Shown here in pieces: positions 29,465-38,711 of a stretch of 64,000 bases of DNA. The stretch covers positions 11,880 through 75,879 of the forward strand of contig CALDSX010000010.1 of assembly GCA_937924445.1 (NCBI GenBank), given 5' to 3'. Source of the DNA: an uncultured Chthoniobacterales bacterium (lineage in GTDB: Bacteria; Verrucomicrobiota; Verrucomicrobiia; Chthoniobacterales; CALDSX01). A program made the translations under genes and the position numbers. Positions within the stretch are counted from its first letter, which is position 1; each line of letters opens with the position of its first letter. Below the pieces are notes generated by a model. It did no database searches, had not been told where the DNA came from, and worked only from the letters and a program-made list of their open reading frames with translations.

Positions 29465-30970
29465 ATGAAATACGTCGCTATTTTTCACGCTAATTTGAAT
29501 TACGCTTACCTCATACCGGAAAGCTACGAACGCGTCATTCGCTCCTCCTATGAGGTGATTATTGACACATTCCGCGACCACTTCCCTGAGGCGAAATATG
29601 TATTCGAAGCATCAGGGTATACGATTGACGAAATGGCAAAACGCACCCCTGACGTCATTGAAAAACTCAAGGCAGCCATTGCATCGGGCCAGTGTGAATT
29701 CATGGGTGCGCCCTACTCGCATCCCATTATGGCTAATATCCCAGAGGAGGATGGCTATTGGTCTTGTGAGTTTGCCCAGCGATCATACGAAAAGCACTTG
29801 GGAATGCGGGCAAAATCTTTTTGGAATCCTGAGATGACCTGGATGCAGTATGTTCCCAGAGCTTTCGCCCGTGCAGGTGTGGAAAAACTCGTTCTCGACT
29901 TTGAGTCTTACATGCTCTGCAACGATAAGGATTATCATTGGACGGAGAAAAATTGGACTCACGAAATGGGTTGGGCTGGGCTTCACACCTGGGCCGATAT
30001 CGATCCAAATTGTCGCTTCCTCCATCGGCCATTCAAAAATGTTGTGCCTGGCCTCGATGGAATGACTCGTAGCGCACGAGTTGCTGCCAAGCATTACGTC
30101 AGTTACTTTCGGCGAAACGGCAATCTTGAGGATTACATCAACGGCATAAAGTATTGGTCCGGTGACGGTGGTGAAGGTGCCCTCATCATTATTGCTGATG
30201 ATGCCGAGTACGTCGGCACAACCGGCTATTATCACATCAAATACGAGGGAGATTACAGCAAAACGTTCCTCTCGGACCCAACGGCAGCGGACAAACTCAA
30301 AGCCTTTCTTCCAGAGGTTCTCAAACTCGGGCCCATGATCACATTTACCGAGGCGTGCGAGACCATACCGCCAGTGGAGGAGCCTTATTTTGTCGAGGAT
30401 CGCTTTGCCTGGAACAGAACTTATGCCGACGCATGGGCTAGCACGCCCGAGGCAAAATCTTGGGAACCGCTGATGCTCATGCATCGGAAGGAATACAAAG
30501 AAAATTATCAACCCATTCTTGAGGCAGAAGAAAACAAACTCAAATACAAGGACATCGTCGAGCGATTTTGGTTTCACATGACCAATTCCGCAAATTCAGA
30601 TGGACGTTGGCCGCCTCCCCCTCGAGTGACCTGTGCGTTCAACCGCCAATGGTGCCTCAACGAAATCCAAAAAACCCGTGAGGTGCTCGACGAGATGAAG
30701 GAAATTTGCAAAGCTTTTCCTCTGCCTCAACCGCCCATACCCGAGCCTCCACCCGACGGCGAATACGGGTTCCATTTTACCGACAAAGATATCGAAGACG
30801 TGCGCAACCTCAACATCTACGAGTTGCAACATGCAATCTTTGTGGGAAATTCCCTCAACGACAGCGTAGACCCACAAAAACAGGCGCGTGGAAGGGCCTA
30901 CCTCAAAAAAGTGTTTGATGAATTGGAACGGCGCGGTATTCGAGGCATCCGACATCCGGCCTCTTATTAA
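29465..30970 (+). CDS. Glycoside hydrolase family 57-like protein
   Basis: 501 aa. GH57-like blocks are SGQCEFMGAPYSHPIM, FWNPEMTW (nucleophile Glu position) and IIADDAEYVG (acid/base Asp position). Family assignment comes from motif recall only. Confidence 0.55.
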   Translation: MKYVAIFHANLNYAYLIPESYERVIRSSYEVIIDTFRDHFPEAKYVFEASGYTIDEMAKRTPDVIEKLKAAIASGQCEFMGAPYSHPIMANIPEEDGYWSCEFAQRSYEKHLGMRAKSFWNPEMTWMQYVPRAFARAGVEKLVLDFESYMLCNDKDYHWTEKNWTHEMGWAGLHTWADIDPNCRFLHRPFKNVVPGLDGMTRSARVAAKHYVSYFRRNGNLEDYINGIKYWSGDGGEGALIIIADDAEYVGTTGYYHIKYEGDYSKTFLSDPTAADKLKAFLPEVLKLGPMITFTEACETIPPVEEPYFVEDRFAWNRTYADAWASTPEAKSWEPLMLMHRKEYKENYQPILEAEENKLKYKDIVERFWFHMTNSANSDGRWPPPPRVTCAFNRQWCLNEIQKTREVLDEMKEICKAFPLPQPPIPEPPPDGEYGFHFTDKDIEDVRNLNIYELQHAIFVGNSLNDSVDPQKQARGRAYLKKVFDELERRGIRGIRHPASY

Positions 30971-31002
30971 ACCCATCAAACAGGGGTGCCTTCAAAAAGG
31001 TT

Positions 31003-31983
31003 TTGCCTCCCGACGCCAAACCCAAGTCTAAACCACCTCTCCTTTTGCACCGTTCCCCGCCCGCTTCATCTGACTGTTCACACCCCGCTAAAGATGCCTC
31101 CCCATCAGGGGGCAAAAGTCAAGATAGCCTCTTGACGCTTGCCTGGGGTGAAGCTCGCGTCACAGTTTCGTTGCACGGCGCTAATGTTGTCTCTTACATT
31201 CCTTCCGAACGACTTGGCGAAGTCATTTGGACCGGTCAGTATAAGCCGCTCCCTGGAAAAGACTGCTGGGGAGGAATCCCGATCGTCTGGCCGTGGTTTA
31301 TCCTGGGAACCGGACAGACGCCCAACGCCCCTTTCCACGGTCCGGCGCGCTTCGCCACATGGAATGTGGCTGATAAGTTTATCTCCGACGCAGGCAGCGA
31401 GGTACGTCTCTCTCTGCCTGTTCCACAAAAAAAAGTCGATGGTGAGGTGATCCCTCTCGAAGCGGAACTTCGCATCCGATTGCACAACTCCCTGAATCTG
31501 CAGCTCATTACCCGAAATACGGGAGTGCAGCCTTATCTGCTGGAACATTGTTTTCACGCCTATTTTAAGGTCGGAGATGTCACCCAAATACGCATTGATG
31601 GTCTCGAAGGCACTAAGGTTCAGGATAACCGCATTCCAGGAGCCAGACCCGCAATTCAGATGATCCCTATCACGCTCGACGGCCCAGCAGCACGTGTTTA
31701 TCGGCCCTTCCCCTATCGCGTAACCCTCGAAGACCCGCTTCTGGGTCGTTGCCTTGTTCTTCGTTCACCAGAAGCCGCACAGCTTGTTCTGTGGAATTCA
31801 GGTCCCATCCGCAAAGAAAATGGACACCTCACCGGCGAAGCGGAGTGGCGCACGCAAATAGCCCTAGAACCTCTCTGCGGTTTGGAAAAAGCTATAGAAC
31901 TTGCGCCGGGCGACGTGACCCAGCTAACCATGGAGATTGAGGCTGTAGCTCTCGATTTTTTCTCAGCGCCGACGACTTATTAA
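31003..31983 (+). CDS. D-hexose-6-phosphate mutarotase (aldose 1-epimerase family, YeaD-like)
   Basis: GGIPIVWPWF, PFHGPARF and EHCFHAYF. There is no in-frame ATG in the N-terminal region, so the start is uncertain (TTG at 31003, or a Leu codon near 31130). Confidence 0.7.
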   Translation: MPPDAKPKSKPPLLLHRSPPASSDCSHPAKDASPSGGKSQDSLLTLAWGEARVTVSLHGANVVSYIPSERLGEVIWTGQYKPLPGKDCWGGIPIVWPWFILGTGQTPNAPFHGPARFATWNVADKFISDAGSEVRLSLPVPQKKVDGEVIPLEAELRIRLHNSLNLQLITRNTGVQPYLLEHCFHAYFKVGDVTQIRIDGLEGTKVQDNRIPGARPAIQMIPITLDGPAARVYRPFPYRVTLEDPLLGRCLVLRSPEAAQLVLWNSGPIRKENGHLTGEAEWRTQIALEPLCGLEKAIELAPGDVTQLTMEIEAVALDFFSAPTTY

Positions 31984-32223
31984 AAAAGCCCACCTCATCA
32001 CAGATTTCACTCCTTACTGAGTATTTCGGCTTTGAGATTAAAGACATAGACGGCGCACGGCGTTCACCTCTACTGACCACAGAGGTTGAGGTAACGACCA
32101 CAACCTCCTTCCGTTGCCCCAAAGCCAAGCAATAGAAATTTTCCAATGCGCCATGTCGGACGTAGTGGTTGAAAAGTTTGTTAAAAAACCGAGTTGATGT
32201 CGGCGAGGAAGCAAAAAGAGCCT

Positions 32224-32826
32224 TCATCCGTTAGCGACAATTTGGTCAAGCTGTGCAGCTAGAATTTGAGACCACCCTTCGAGATGCTCCAAGCGGCCGC
32301 GAATATCATCGAACGACCGGAATACGGGCTCTTCGATATCTGCCTCTTTGGCAATCGCGCGCGGTTGTGGTAAGACAATATGATGCACGAGGCCAATGTG
32401 AACACGTCCAACCTCTGTGGTGTCGTCGTTGAGAACGGCCACAATTCGATTGCGAAGTGGCGTGGGAATATCGAGTTCCTCACTCAGTTCCCGAAGAACT
32501 AGTGAGCAATAAGCACCTGTGTCGAGATGGTCTTGATCAGAAGGATTAAGATGGCCGCCAAAGCCGATGCTCTCTTTGGCCACGAGCCTCTTTTCACCAG
32601 ATCCACCTCCACGACGATAGTGTAGAACATAGTTTCCATAGGTGATTACCGCATAGGGGATGATCTGCTTGTGGGATGGATCGCCTTCGGCGATCGTTCG
32701 TGGTAAAAACAGATTGTTTGCGGGGTTAAAGAACGCGGTGAGATAAGGGAACGGATTAAAGTCCAACCCTTGAAAGACTCCGACAGAGTCGAAGATTTTG
32801 CGCGGAACACAAAGAATTTGTTCCAT
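32224..32826 (-). CDS. Nudix-family phosphoesterase (COG4112 / YmaB-like)
   Basis: 200 aa. Degenerate Nudix box GGHLNPSD...LVLRELSEELDI. The N-terminal domain resembles the YmaB-type. Confidence 0.6.
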   Translation of the reverse strand: MEQILCVPRKIFDSVGVFQGLDFNPFPYLTAFFNPANNLFLPRTIAEGDPSHKQIIPYAVITYGNYVLHYRRGGGSGEKRLVAKESIGFGGHLNPSDQDHLDTGAYCSLVLRELSEELDIPTPLRNRIVAVLNDDTTEVGRVHIGLVHHIVLPQPRAIAKEADIEEPVFRSFDDIRGRLEHLEGWSQILAAQLDQIVANG

Positions 32827-32843
32827 TTTGAGTAGGGAAAGAG

Positions 32844-34019
32844 TCAGCGTGCCATTCCGACGTTCTGCACAGTTTGAAATAGTTTGCCCTCCGTTTTGAT
32901 AGAGGGTGCAATGATTATCTCGGTCTCCTGGAATTGCCGTAAGTTCATTGCTCCAACATTACCCATACAGGTTGTGATGGCCCCGACGAGATTTTGGGAG
33001 CCATCATCAATATCAGCCGGGCCGAAAAGGATTTGACGAAGAGGCCCTGTGGTTCCAACGCGAATGCGAGTCCCACGGGGTAAATTTGCATGTGGCGTGG
33101 CCATGCCCCAATGATTTCCCAGGCCCGGAGCCTCGATCGCCTTGGCAAAAGCACTGCCGACCATCACGGCATCTGCACCGCAAGCGAGCGCTTTGCAGAC
33201 GTCACCACCTTTGCTCATCCCCCCGTCTGTGATGATCGGCACATAGCGTCCGGTCTGTTTGAAGTAGTAATCCCGCGCGGCAGCGCAATCCACGGTGGCA
33301 GTCACCTGAGGGACTCCGAGACCAAGGACACCTCGCGATGTGCAGGCGGCTCCTGGCCCTACGCCAACCAGCACAGCGGCAACGCCGCAGCGCATGATCT
33401 CAACCGTGACATCAAAGCCTACAGTGTTCCCAACAATAACCGGGATCGGCATTGAAGAACAGAACTTTTCAAGGTCGAGGGATTTGTACTCGGTCGAGAT
33501 ATGTCGCACAGTGGAGACTGTGCTTTGAACAACAAAAACATCGGCACCAGCATCAGCGGCAATGCGTCCGTAATCTTCGGCTTTCTGGGGAATCGAGCTC
33601 ACAGCGGCGATGACACCACCGGCTTTGATTTCCCTCACTCGCCTGGCGATTAGATCTTTTTTGATCGGTTCTTGATAAATTTTCTGAATAAGTGCGGTCA
33701 CGCCATCCTTATCAGCCTCGAGAATCTTATGAAGAACTTCCGAGGGGTTCTCGTAGCGCGTTTGGATGCCCTCCAAATTGAGCACGGCCAAGCCACCAAG
33801 TTTACCCATCTCAATGGCAAATCGAACATCCACAACACCGTCCATGGCACTTGCAAGCACAGGGATGGCCAGTTTGAGAGGTCCCTGATCGCGGCGTGGG
33901 ATCTCAAAGGATATATCTACCTCATTGGGGTTAATGGTCACGCTGCCGGGGACGAGCGCAATTTCGTCAAAGCCATAAGTGACACGCGCTTTGCGGTTTT
34001 TACCAATCCACATTCCCAT
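32844..34019 (-). CDS. GuaB3-family IMP dehydrogenase-related protein (no CBS pair)
   Basis: 391 aa. YGFDEIALVPG, an IMPDH-type TIM barrel with a GVGPGAACTSRGVLGLGVPQVTA Cys loop, and ITDGGM. Confidence 0.8.
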   Translation of the reverse strand: MGMWIGKNRKARVTYGFDEIALVPGSVTINPNEVDISFEIPRRDQGPLKLAIPVLASAMDGVVDVRFAIEMGKLGGLAVLNLEGIQTRYENPSEVLHKILEADKDGVTALIQKIYQEPIKKDLIARRVREIKAGGVIAAVSSIPQKAEDYGRIAADAGADVFVVQSTVSTVRHISTEYKSLDLEKFCSSMPIPVIVGNTVGFDVTVEIMRCGVAAVLVGVGPGAACTSRGVLGLGVPQVTATVDCAAARDYYFKQTGRYVPIITDGGMSKGGDVCKALACGADAVMVGSAFAKAIEAPGLGNHWGMATPHANLPRGTRIRVGTTGPLRQILFGPADIDDGSQNLVGAITTCMGNVGAMNLRQFQETEIIIAPSIKTEGKLFQTVQNVGMAR

Positions 34020-34028
34020 AATTTTCTT

Positions 34029-34268
34029 TCAAATCCTTTCGTTTTTAATTTTCATATTGAGCCTTCCACATGCGGGGCATCGCGTCAACACTTCGGAAGA
34101 GTGATCCTCAAAGACCGTGGCACAAAAGCGGCATCTAATTCGCCCGTGCATCCGGCGCCGCTCATGAAGACCGCGTTCGACAACATAGAAAAGCCATGCA
34201 ACAACCACACTTGCAAGGAAAACAAGAATGTAAAAAGTCAGCGCCTGAAGCAGTGTGAGCCGAATCAT
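34029..34268 (-). CDS. Small membrane protein: one TM helix plus C-terminal zinc ribbon
   Basis: 79 aa. TM segment LTFYILVFLASVVVAWLFYVV, then CRFC...(13 aa)...CPAC. Its ATG overlaps the upstream gene's TGA as ATGA. Confidence 0.5.
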   Translation of the reverse strand: MIRLTLLQALTFYILVFLASVVVAWLFYVVERGLHERRRMHGRIRCRFCATVFEDHSSEVLTRCPACGRLNMKIKNERI

Positions 34269-34993
34269 GGACTGGATGGTGTCGCCACAACAAATGGCTC
34301 AATTGAAAGCCGGAACAGACCAGAGCCGCCCGGTGTCTCCGCAGGTAGGGATTGAAGAAGGTTGCCTCCCAGCGTGTCAAGCTTATCGCTTCCGCTCTTT
34401 TTAACGGAGAGCACAATCGGCGCAGGCAGACCTCGAACATCCGCACGAATGAAAAATGCCGCTCCGCTCACATGAGCAAGGTCGTCGGGAGTAAGCCCAT
34501 TATGAGTTGTTCTCAGCGGGATGCCGGCGGTGGAATGGCACGCTTTGTCAATGACAACGGCTGGATTAAGTCGCGGCCCTGATGAAAGCCCGCCTCGGCG
34601 AAAACCGATCTGTTCACCCGGCTTTCGAATGCTTGGCACGTCGAGATCAATTTTGGAAGGTTCCGCCTTCTGAAGCAGAGGGACCGAAAAATCAAAGGAA
34701 TATGTGTAGGGAAGCTGCATCAAATCATCCAACGCGGGGCCCGGTTTGAACACATTAGCCGGGTCATTGCTTCGAATCCATTCAATGAGTTCGGGTGCTG
34801 AATATGTCGGTGTGATCAAAGAAATCCGCGCATCATCTGGAAATCGCGGCGAGAGCTCTAACTGTTCTATCGAGACGGATATGGCAAGCAGGAAATGAAC
34901 CAAAAAGGAGATGCAGAGCATTAATGCCAAGGGTGATTTGGCAGCTTTTCCCGCACTATCGGCGACCTTAAGAACATCCGTTGGGGCATTCAT
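34265..34993 (-). CDS. TonB-like energy transducer (divergent)
   Basis: The N-terminal anchor carries SFLVH, matching the SxxxH motif of the TonB TM. The C-terminal segment GAAFFIRADVRGLPAPIVLSVKKSGSDKLD resembles TonB_C. It is chained to exbD by an ATGA overlap. Confidence 0.55.
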   Translation of the reverse strand: MNAPTDVLKVADSAGKAAKSPLALMLCISFLVHFLLAISVSIEQLELSPRFPDDARISLITPTYSAPELIEWIRSNDPANVFKPGPALDDLMQLPYTYSFDFSVPLLQKAEPSKIDLDVPSIRKPGEQIGFRRGGLSSGPRLNPAVVIDKACHSTAGIPLRTTHNGLTPDDLAHVSGAAFFIRADVRGLPAPIVLSVKKSGSDKLDTLGGNLLQSLPAETPGGSGLFRLSIEPFVVATPSSP

Positions 34994-35391
34994 TGTTCCA
35001 GCCCGGCGGCAATAGCAACCGAGAAGCCGCGCTTTAGAGCTTGTTCCGCAACGCTGAACACGGTGTCATGGCGGGCCGAGGCATCAGCGCGGATGATAAC
35101 TGTGGCCTCCAGAGGATTCCTTTTATCGAGCTCAGCCCCGAGTTGCTTAAGCGATGTGAGCCGGTCATCAATATAAATCCTTGAGAGTCCTCCGCCGGTT
35201 ATGCTGATGAAATGAGCCTTTTGGAAGGGGGAGAGGAAAAAGCTAGAACTCGGCAGGTTAATACTTAAGCCAGGTTGCAGGACAAATGAACTGCTTAACA
35301 CAACAAACGCCACGAGCAGCAAAGCCACATTTAAGAGCGGGAAAAAGATGAGGGGGGCAAATTCCACCCGCTTTGTCCGGTGCAGTTTCAC
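34990..35391 (-). CDS. exbD: Biopolymer transport protein ExbD/TolR
   Basis: 133 aa with a single TM (PLIFFPLLNVALLLVAFVVL), and VIIRADASARHDTVFSVAEQALKRGF. GTG start overlaps the exbB stop as GTGA. Confidence 0.85.
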   Translation of the reverse strand: MKLHRTKRVEFAPLIFFPLLNVALLLVAFVVLSSSFVLQPGLSINLPSSSFFLSPFQKAHFISITGGGLSRIYIDDRLTSLKQLGAELDKRNPLEATVIIRADASARHDTVFSVAEQALKRGFSVAIAAGLEQ

Positions 35392-36119
35392 CGTGCGCCA
35401 GATCCTGGATTTTTTTCGCTAACAAACCCGGACGTAAATTCTATGATCCCCTCGCCCGGAGGTTCGTCACAAATAAGCTGCACCATCTCTATACCCGCTC
35501 GCTCCATATCATGGATAAGCGAGTTGACTCTGGCAGAGAGGTAACAATACGCAACAAATGCAAACGTGCCTACGGCCATCCCAGCGCTGGTCGTGACAAG
35601 ACTCTGGAGAATTCCTTTTGAAAGATCGGTGGCTGTAGCGTAGCCACTCTGATTCGACAACGTTGAAAACGCCTCAAGCAACCCACCAACAGTTCCAAGG
35701 AAACCCAGAAGTGGTGCCCCATAAGCAATCGTGGAGAGTGCGGGCAAATAGCGTTCAAGCTTGGGTACCTCGAGTTGGGCTGTTTCGCGGACGATTTCTT
35801 TGAGATGCTCCCGAGGTTTGGAGTGATGCAGCACCGCAGAATGAACAACACGCCCAACCGGCCCCGGCGTTCCAGCGCTTTCATGGAGCGCCTCGGCAAA
35901 GTTACGCCGCCGGATCAAGATCGCCAAGCCACGCAAAAAGTCGCTTACGTGAACAGTTTCCCGGTGGTAATTCACAAGGCGCTCAAGAAAGACTCCCATA
36001 GCAACTACACTACATGCCGCGATGAGTATCATCATCGGCCCACCTTTCATAATAACGTCGAACATACCACAAACATTGGACAGAGACATAGGAACTTCAA
36101 GAGTCTTTCTCGCCCTCAC
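35388..36119 (-). CDS. exbB: MotA/TolQ/ExbB proton-channel protein
   Basis: 243 aa with three TMs. GAPLLGFLGTVGGLLEAF and LVTTSAGMAVGTFAFVAY. Internal starts are possible at 36089 or 36065. Confidence 0.85.
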   Translation of the reverse strand: MRARKTLEVPMSLSNVCGMFDVIMKGGPMMILIAACSVVAMGVFLERLVNYHRETVHVSDFLRGLAILIRRRNFAEALHESAGTPGPVGRVVHSAVLHHSKPREHLKEIVRETAQLEVPKLERYLPALSTIAYGAPLLGFLGTVGGLLEAFSTLSNQSGYATATDLSKGILQSLVTTSAGMAVGTFAFVAYCYLSARVNSLIHDMERAGIEMVQLICDEPPGEGIIEFTSGFVSEKNPGSGAR

Positions 36120-36188
36120 CAGATACAGAGATAATCAAACATCTTGACTCCTTGACTCTCAAGGGGAACTGAATAAAAGGCTGGCAAT

Positions 36189-36827
36189 ATGAACTTCACC
36201 AACCACACGCCCACCGGCCCTTTCAAGGGCGTGGCACTGAGTTTCTGTGCAATCCTATTTTGCGGTTTTTTCTCCGCATGCGAGACCTTTAGCCTTCAAA
36301 CAGCCGATTATGGCACAAATTATCTTGCACCTTATGGTGGGGTTACGTCTGCACCTGAGAACACGATGGACAACGTCTCATTTTGGGACGGAGATGGTGT
36401 CCCAGGCGAACCACGCATTGTCATCAGTCTTGGGGAACAACGCGCTTATTTTTACAAAGGTAATCACCTCGTTGGTGTAAGCTTGATCTCGACCGGACGT
36501 GAAGGATTCTCTACTCCCACGGGTCGATTCAAAATTATTCAAAAAAATGCTAACCACCGCTCCAATCTCTATGGTGATTATGTGGATGATTACGGAAACG
36601 TCGTCGTCAAAGATGTGGATGTAAAAAAAGATCCCAAACCACCCGGCACAAGGTTCCTAGGGGCCGAAATGCCTTATTTCATGAGGGTACATGGGGGTGT
36701 CGGCATGCATGCAGGATTTCTCCCCGGATATCCGGCCTCTCATGGATGTATTCGAATGCCTAAATTTATGGCGCAAACTTTTTTCGCCAACGCACCTGTG
36801 GGGACTCCAGTAATCATTACCCATTAA
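36189..36827 (+). CDS. L,D-transpeptidase (YkuD domain) lipoprotein
   Basis: Lipobox-like GFFSAC. YkuD core with catalytic SHGCIRM. Confidence 0.85.
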   Translation: MNFTNHTPTGPFKGVALSFCAILFCGFFSACETFSLQTADYGTNYLAPYGGVTSAPENTMDNVSFWDGDGVPGEPRIVISLGEQRAYFYKGNHLVGVSLISTGREGFSTPTGRFKIIQKNANHRSNLYGDYVDDYGNVVVKDVDVKKDPKPPGTRFLGAEMPYFMRVHGGVGMHAGFLPGYPASHGCIRMPKFMAQTFFANAPVGTPVIITH

Positions 36828-36849
36828 GCTCAACCTTTTCCCTCCAAAG

Positions 36850-37176
36850 ATGAAAGAAATTGACCCGCAAGAACTGCACAATCTTCTTTCCAGTTCCAAT
36901 CCGCCGATCCTGATTGATTGTCGAGAAGACGACGAATGGGCGCTTTGCCGGATCGAGGGAGCCTGCCACGCTCCGCTCTCTCGCTTTCCGGAAAACATTG
37001 GCCCCATTCTCTCAAAAGCCAATGGCGCTCCGGTTGTTATTTATTGTGCGCATGGATTCCGCTCATTGCGGGCTGTTCGCTACCTTGAACAACGTGGAAC
37101 TCCGAATGTTTTCAGCCTTCGTGGCGGGCTCAAGGCATGGGCAATGTTATTTGACCCTTCCCTGCCCGTGGACTAA
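36850..37176 (+). CDS. Single-domain rhodanese-like sulfurtransferase
   Basis: 108 aa. Active-site loop YCAHGFRS (CxxxxRS). Confidence 0.8.
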   Translation: MKEIDPQELHNLLSSSNPPILIDCREDDEWALCRIEGACHAPLSRFPENIGPILSKANGAPVVIYCAHGFRSLRAVRYLEQRGTPNVFSLRGGLKAWAMLFDPSLPVD

Positions 37177-37234
37177 TTGCCACAACGCAAAATTCTTGCC
37201 GTGCTTAATACCGCACGCTCTCTGCTCAATTTAA

Positions 37235-38095
37235 ATGGATAATTCTCCGATCGAAATTCAGCGCCCTCTTGATCCATCGGTCTTCAGGAGATGGGTTACC
37301 GAAGGTTGGCGTTTGCCAATGCTCACCTGCTATGATGCGGCAACAGCACGCTCGCTCCAGGAAGCCGCCATCCCCTTGCTGCTTGTCGGAGATTCGCTCG
37401 GGCCTGCGGTGCTCGGACTCGAATCCGTGCGTGACGTGACGGTGGAAATGATCGCGTACCATACCGCTGCAGTTCGTCGAGGCGCTCTCAAAACGCCGAT
37501 CGTTGCTGATTTGCCTTTCGAAAGCGTTGTTTCCATCCCTAAAGCTCTTTATGCCGCAAATCGGCTCCTTGATGCCGGGGCAGATATGGTGAAAATCGAG
37601 GCAGGGGCGGACGATATTCAACTTGTGAGTGAGATGGTGGACAGAGGTTTCGTCGTGATGGGTCATGTTGGCCATAAACCTCAACGGTATGTCTCCGGTC
37701 CAAGGGTGACCGGAGCGCAATCTGAGGATGCGCTTCAGGTTTACAAGGACGCAATGGCACTTCAAAAGGCAGGGGCGTCGGTTGTCCTATTCGAATGCAT
37801 ACCGGCTCGGGTCGCTGCCGAGATAACAAAACGCCTCAAGGTCCCGACAATAGGAATCGGTGCCGGAGCGGGTTGTAGGGGCCAGGTGCTCGTAATAGCG
37901 GACTTACTGGGCTGGACAGATAAATCCTTTCGATTCCTTATCAAATTGGAAAACTTCTACATGCGCACATGCAATGCCGCAAAAATTTATGCTGAAAAAG
38001 TGCGCTCAGGTGTTTTTCCAGATGATGACCACTCTTTCCGGATCGAGCCGGAGGTCCTGAGTCGCTTTATGGAAAAACTTCCTCCATTAGAGTAA
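37235..38095 (+). CDS. panB: 3-methyl-2-oxobutanoate hydroxymethyltransferase
   Basis: LTCYDAATA..., LLVGDSLG, KIEAG and GHVGHKPQ. Confidence 0.9.
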   Translation: MDNSPIEIQRPLDPSVFRRWVTEGWRLPMLTCYDAATARSLQEAAIPLLLVGDSLGPAVLGLESVRDVTVEMIAYHTAAVRRGALKTPIVADLPFESVVSIPKALYAANRLLDAGADMVKIEAGADDIQLVSEMVDRGFVVMGHVGHKPQRYVSGPRVTGAQSEDALQVYKDAMALQKAGASVVLFECIPARVAAEITKRLKVPTIGIGAGAGCRGQVLVIADLLGWTDKSFRFLIKLENFYMRTCNAAKIYAEKVRSGVFPDDDHSFRIEPEVLSRFMEKLPPLE

Positions 38096-38138
38096 CGCCT
38101 AAAACCTCACGCAGCACTTTCAAACAACCTGGAGCGAG

Positions 38139-38669
38139 TTATTTTTTCTCGTTCCATTTGTGCACAAGCCCCGTCCGAACGCCGCCTAACTCGTAAAGTT
38201 TGGCCTTGTTATGAACCATCTCTTCCCGTGATAATCCGGTGATTGCATAGTCTTTCCGCAAAAAAATAGCCTGCTCGGGGCAAACTTCCTCGCACAATCC
38301 GCAATAAATGCAGCGGATCATATCGATATCGAATTCTTCAGGGTACTTTTCTACTTTGGCCCACTTGCTCTCACGCGGCAATTCCCCCGGCTTGATACGG
38401 ATTGCTCGGGGTGGGCAGATAAACTCGCAGAGCTGACAAGCGACGCAACGCTCGCGACCATGCTCATCTTTGACAAGTGTGGGAGCTCCTCTATAATGCT
38501 CTGGCAGATTCGCATCCCACTTTTCCTCGGGATACTGCATCGTCACCTTTTTACGCCCGGTGAGTGTGTTGATTAAGTGTTTCCAAGTGATAGCAAGCCC
38601 CGCAACAATCGCGGGGAGATAAATTTTCTCGGCAAATGTCAGCTTGGGGCGTGCGACGGTGTAGGCCAT
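38139..38669 (-). CDS. nuoI: NADH-quinone oxidoreductase subunit I
   Basis: Two 4Fe-4S motifs, CVACQLCEFICP and CIYCGLCEEVCP. Confidence 0.9.
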   Translation of the reverse strand: MAYTVARPKLTFAEKIYLPAIVAGLAITWKHLINTLTGRKKVTMQYPEEKWDANLPEHYRGAPTLVKDEHGRERCVACQLCEFICPPRAIRIKPGELPRESKWAKVEKYPEEFDIDMIRCIYCGLCEEVCPEQAIFLRKDYAITGLSREEMVHNKAKLYELGGVRTGLVHKWNEKK

Positions 38670-38711
38670 AGGATCTTTTTAACTTTTACGTCTCTTTGAG
38701 CAAAGGAGATG

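Noticed and set aside
29783-30577. 264-aa ORF antisense to the GH57-like gene
   Set aside because: It overlaps a better-supported sense CDS. It has no recognisable motif and unusual composition.
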